Shown: positions 19,691-23,950 of the stretch, piece after piece
How positions within the stretch are numbered: position 1 is the first letter of the stretch
Layout of the letters: each line of letters begins with the position of its first letter
Assembly (NCBI GenBank): GCA_010093745.1
Contig: MU006018.1
Location: forward strand, 62,001-85,950
Length of the DNA: 23,950 bases
From: Piedraia hortae CBS 480.64
Lineage: Eukaryota
Direction of reading: 5' to 3'
Program-made: the position numbers and the translations under genes
The notes under the pieces: generated by a model
Database searches by the model: none
Told to the model about the DNA's origin: nothing
The model's input: the letters and a program-made list of their open reading frames with translations, nothing else

Positions 19691-20401
19691 TCATGCCATC
19701 CGTAGCCGCTTATGTGTCGTCTCGCTTTCGACTTCAACGTCTGATCCGATCTCGACAAAACTCCATTGCACCACCCGACCATCCGGCAGCGACTGCGAAC
19801 CCGTCTGCCGCTTGATGCGTCCCAGCCGACTGTCTTGTACCAAGTTTTCAAAATACGGCATCCCGTCGCCCTGCAACAAGTGCCTAGCTCTAGGCTGTTT
19901 CGATTCGGCCACGTCTACCTCCATTTCAGTATTCCGGTCGGCCTGGCCGCCCTCTTCAGCAGAAGAGGCGTCGCTATCGTCCTCCCAATCTGGGTAGAGA
20001 TGCAGTTTACGAAGCTGATCAAGGCTCTGACTGAACAAGCTGCCAAGCGTAACGTCGACCGAATCGGCATCGCGAGCTTCATCCCAAGCTGTCAGGTGTG
20101 TTCCGCAGTAGCCGCAAAACTGGCGACGAACTGGACGCTGCGGGTCGGCATGTCCCGGCGTTTGAAAAGTCCGCTTGATAGAAGAATGTGATTCATCAGG
20201 AAAATGAGCGACGGTCATGCTTTCGTACCAGTCCAGAGGCACACGGAGCCAAGCGGCGATGGGCGTGGCCTGGGCAACGCGACTCACAGCACCATTGTCG
20301 AAGAAAACTTGAGCCGCAGACGCCTGCGACGTAGGGACAACGACACGATACTGGTTACGTTCGCAGAAGCACGACCCAAACAGCTGGGTGTGCTCGCTCA
20401 T
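19691..20401 (-). CDS. GFA/CENP-V (Mss4-like) fold protein, ~236 aa
   Basis: LFGSCFCERNQY at the N-terminus and RRQFCGYCGTHL followed by VDVTLGSL; acidic C-terminal half. Alternative ATG at 20413. Confidence 0.78.
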   Translation of the reverse strand: MSEHTQLFGSCFCERNQYRVVVPTSQASAAQVFFDNGAVSRVAQATPIAAWLRVPLDWYESMTVAHFPDESHSSIKRTFQTPGHADPQRPVRRQFCGYCGTHLTAWDEARDADSVDVTLGSLFSQSLDQLRKLHLYPDWEDDSDASSAEEGGQADRNTEMEVDVAESKQPRARHLLQGDGMPYFENLVQDSRLGRIKRQTGSQSLPDGRVVQWSFVEIGSDVEVESETTHKRLRMA

Positions 20402-21121
20402 TGTGTTCGACATGAGAAGTTGAGACCCCGCCATCCAAAAAAACGTCACTACAAACCCTGTCACGTGTTGGTCCCCACCTGCCCGATTGGGGCTGGCAGC
20501 TCCGGGTCATCAGGCCATCCAGCTCGCGTGTCCGCCAGTCCCAACTGGCCCTTCAATCCCGACAGCTGCATCGTGCCTTCCAACATGGACTCTTAGTATG
20601 CATCTTAACTTGATAACACAGTTTGATGTTAAACGGAGAAATCGACTTGCTCGTTTCAAAAGCGGCGTTTCGTCTCTGCAAAAAATTTCTCCAGGGCTCG
20701 TCATACGATGATCAGGGCCACTACAAGTATCATGAAATTGGTCCTTTGACAATTTTCTTCGTCATAATATGCTACATAGGATCGTATGGTACTTTGCGGT
20801 ATTCTTAAGATACAGAAAAGTAACTCATGTCCGAGGATTTGGTGGCCTGGTGAGCAGACGTGGCTAACAGGCCAAGGCGTTGTCAACTTCGTTGCCACGC
20901 CCAGTGTAATCAGACCAGACCTTTGGTTTTAGTTGGTAAGTATGCCCGCTTTGCTCACCGTGCCCATTTGGCATTTTCGCCCGGGCATCTCAAAGACTTG
21001 TATGAAGCTATAGCTGGCTGCTCGCACTCGAGCTTCTGATAAGTGAATGCCTGAAAGGCTGGATAGAGGTACAGACTGCCGACAACCGCAATGGGATCAC
21101 ATATTCCCAATTAACGGTCTG

Positions 21122-23785
21122 TTATCGACCTTGGTCTGTCGTCAGCGTCTCGTGTGCAGGCACAACTGCAGGCGCAGGTATATCAGCCTTCTCGCCAATG
21201 TGAGCTGCTATGGCTTTATCCGCCTCTAGTTCTTTCTGTGCCGCTTCCATGTCGTCTCCTTCGGTTTCCCCCAATTTCGTTGGTTCGACAGCTTCAATAA
21301 CGAACTGCTCAGGTTGTTCTTCAAGTTGAACTGGAGCCTCGCTCTCCGCTTTAGCGCCTGAGATGGCATCACTCCCCAAGGCGGAATCGCCCATTGAAAC
21401 GGATTTGATGGATGCGGTATTTGAAACGCCCCCATCCAGGCCGATTCCCAAACCAATTGTTTGGTCAACGATGGGGCTCTCTTTCTCAACGGCAGGGCTT
21501 TCTTCGGTATCAGTATCGTCCTTAAATGCGGGAGGTCGTTCTCGTTTTGCTCTCGCCGCAGCAAGAGAGATGGTCTTCTGGTTGTACGATGTAGTAACGG
21601 TACTTGCCTCATCTCTTTCGATTGTGGCCTTCATGAGGGCTGCCATCCATTCTCTTCCTTCCTGTTTCGAATTAACCGCAAAGTAGTGCGTCGTTGGCTT
21701 TGTGAACACAACGCCCCTGGTCCCGGGCTTAGGAGGAACGAGCTTGAAGATGAATAGACCATCTGCGTCATCGCGAGGAGACGCAGGATTCGAGCCACCA
21801 GATACGGCGGCAGACAGACCCGTCAGCATCTCCCCTTGAGCGGGCAAGACGCGATGGAAGGAAATGTCTATGAGGCCCTTTTCTGCCTTGTCCTCGGCGC
21901 TGTAGTAGTAACTCAGCCTTCGCCCCTTGAGAACGAAGAGGCGCGATTTCCACGTCGACATGAGCGACCCAGATCGTTTTTTCATCCAACCACTGTAGTC
22001 ACAGTCTTGCATCTGTTCCGTGGGCGTTTTGTTTTCCAAACCACGAGTATAGGCTGATGTGTGCTTTTTGGTCTTATTACGCGAGCGGCGAGCCGGAGGC
22101 AGAAGTGTCGTGCGAGACACCGGACCCATTGACTTCTGCGAGTTGCCATCAGACGGTGGCCTCTCGATGCTTTTGTTCTCGGTGCTGGCAGATTCTGATA
22201 CCGAAATTGACGAGGTGCCGTCTACCGTTTGCTTTTCCCTGCTAGTAACTGCGTCGCTGACTGCTCTCATATCCTGTCGGGGCTCCAGCTTGGTCACCAC
22301 GGGGCTAACGGCGCTCTTCATTTCCATCATGGGCTTTTCCGAATTGACCGGGCTGGTCACAGATCGTTTGCTCAGCCTGCTCTGCATCGTTGAGACCGAG
22401 TTGAACATGGACTGCAGCAGCTGTGCGCTGGCACCTACTTCGGCGCCACGTTCATTGGTCGTCCTGGCTCGCGGGCGAGAATCAGTGGATGAAGTCTTGG
22501 TGATTGTCCGGCCCGAAGAGCGTTTGTCAGCTTCGTTGCTCGAGAAGTAAGCGCGATCGGGTTCAGATGTGCTCGAGTTTGTGATTTGTCCACTGAGCGC
22601 CGAGGACATGGCCTGGCCGGCCTGCCACTGCTGGTCCAGACTCACCTGTTTCTTATGCCGCGGTGGTTCGGCCCCGACAGAAACCGTGGAATCCATGCTG
22701 GAGTGACGGCGGTTGTGCTGCATGGTGCGGATGCGTTGGGCTGAAGGACGCGAATTTATGCCGGACTGAGGGCTTCGCATGGATGAGTGGTTGGGCGATG
22801 GCAGCACTGCGGCCGTCGGGGAGTCGAAGCCGGCGTTGGAGTTTCGCGCAGGCAGATCGAGGCCCCGGAACGTCGAGCGGCGCGGGTTGGCAGAGTCGGG
22901 CTCCGTCGTCGACGACGTGTCTGGCCGCATCCGCCGCACTTCGTCCTGAAGGGCCTTGATCCGGTACCAAGTCTTCAGCCGCCGACCCACGGAGCCAAGG
23001 TCAAACTCTTTGAGAAACACGCTGCTTTGCTCCATCGCCAAGAGCACCTCGCCGCTGATTTCCTGCTCCAAAAACACATCGCAGTGGGCCCGTTCCACGC
23101 CATTTTCAGACAAATACTCGGCCACACGCTCGGGACTCCAGGACAAAACCTCTTCCTCGCTGTGCAACTCGTCCTCGTCGGTCTCATGCCCGGGAATGTA
23201 GGAAAAGCGGTGCGAATAGATGCTCCCTACCGTGTCCCGTTTGTTGGGCGGCGGCGTGGGCAGGTGCATATCCGTCATGTGCTCGTCAATAACCGATAGC
23301 GTCTCGTTCATGACCGGGGAGTCGGCGGCAAAGCCCATAATGCGCGGGGAAGACATGGTCGACGCCGGGGAAGGCAGCGTCCTTGCGAGAGGCGAGGCCT
23401 GAGCACTGCTGGGTGTTCGTGCCTGTGGGCCATGCGCTGACTCGACAAGTTTTAGGTCTGGCGGAACCGCTCGCACAGGGCGTTGTCGAGGAGCGCCGAG
23501 AAGGGTCCCGCGAGGGGCGGGCGTGGTGTAGACTGGCCATCAGCCATCAGCTTCTCGCACCGACAATCGCCACGTCCCAAACTTACCCTCCGGAAACAAC
23601 CCCGTGTTGCCATTGGTCATGTGACGGCCAAGAAACCATCCGTCGCCAAACTCGTCGTCGCGCTCTATGAGCTCAATGCGGTCACCCTTGGCAAGGCTCA
23701 GCTCGTCGGGGTTTCGCGCGGTGAAGTCATGGATAACCAGCAGAATATTTCCGGGTTGCGCCTGCCCCGTTCCTCTGGCGGCCAT
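21122..23785 (-). CDS. BOI2: Boi1/Boi2/Pob1-like polarity scaffold (SH3-SAM-PH), 869 aa; exons 23785-23587 and 23532-21122
   Basis: SH3 (VIHDFTARNPDELSLAKGDRIE...DGWFLG...GLFPEVYT, spanning intron 23586-23533), SAM (WSPERVAEYL...QEISGEVLL...LGSVGRRLK) and PH (YSGWMKKR...WKSRLFVLKGRRLSYY...EGREWMAALMKA). Confidence 0.92.
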
Positions 23786-23950
23786 TGCGTGCCCAGTAGA
23801 GCTACCCAGATCAAAGCATTCTTGTGGAGGTGGTGGACGTTATGTGGCGCATGGGCCCCATCTCAGCTCAGCCTGGGCCGAGCCGACGGGCCGGCCCTAA
23901 TGCACCAAACATTTGTGCAGGATTCGTTTGCACTGCCGTTAGCTGCCTTC

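Noticed and set aside
20810..20943. Minus-strand ATACTTACC resembling the U1 snRNA 5' end
   Set aside because: It continues AAC rather than TG, and lacks the U1-70K loop (GATCANGAAG) and a proper Sm site. It is better explained as a strong plus-strand donor GGTAAGTAT.
21084..21109. AACCGCAATGGGATCAC / ATATTCCCA resembling RNase MRP CR-V or the snR30 m1 motif
   Set aside because: No GAAAGTCCCC-type CR-I partner and no AAACCAT m2 motif.
22059..23299. Plus-strand ORFs of 163-170 aa within BOI
   Set aside because: Antisense shadows of the BOI coding sequence.

Overview
Eukaryotic DNA from a very gene-dense filamentous ascomycete (Pezizomycotina) genome. The evidence is short spliceosomal introns (GTRNGT...CTRAY...YAG; 18 of 19 are 43-61 nt) and intergenic gaps as short as 41 bp. 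I reconstructed 15 protein-coding genes by hand: membrane J-domain protein, coilin-like low-complexity protein, SCOC/Slo1-like coiled-coil protein, HMG-box protein, zinc-ribbon (YBL029C-A-like) protein, 7-exon dynein light chain LC8, MRD1, TEA/ATTS (AbaA/Tec1-like) transcription factor, RAX1, CCC1, NPR2, TM9SF (TMN3-like), a hypothetical protein, a GFA/CENP-V-like protein and a Boi1/2-like SH3-SAM-PH protein. The one long intron (165 nt, in MRD1) hosts a box C/D snoRNA resembling yeast snR64. Notable non-coding signals: a dense cluster of TEA sites (CATTCY) directly upstream of the TEA factor gene; four ATCTGATAG GATA (SreA-like) motifs upstream of the vacuolar iron importer CCC1; a GC-AG intron; a GAG acceptor; an orphan intron in an intergenic region; and a hairpin-rich unannotated spacer near 20.6-21.06 kb. 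I found no mobile element, CRISPR array, tRNA or rRNA, and no clearly new multi-gene system. All family assignments come from motif recognition, not database searches.
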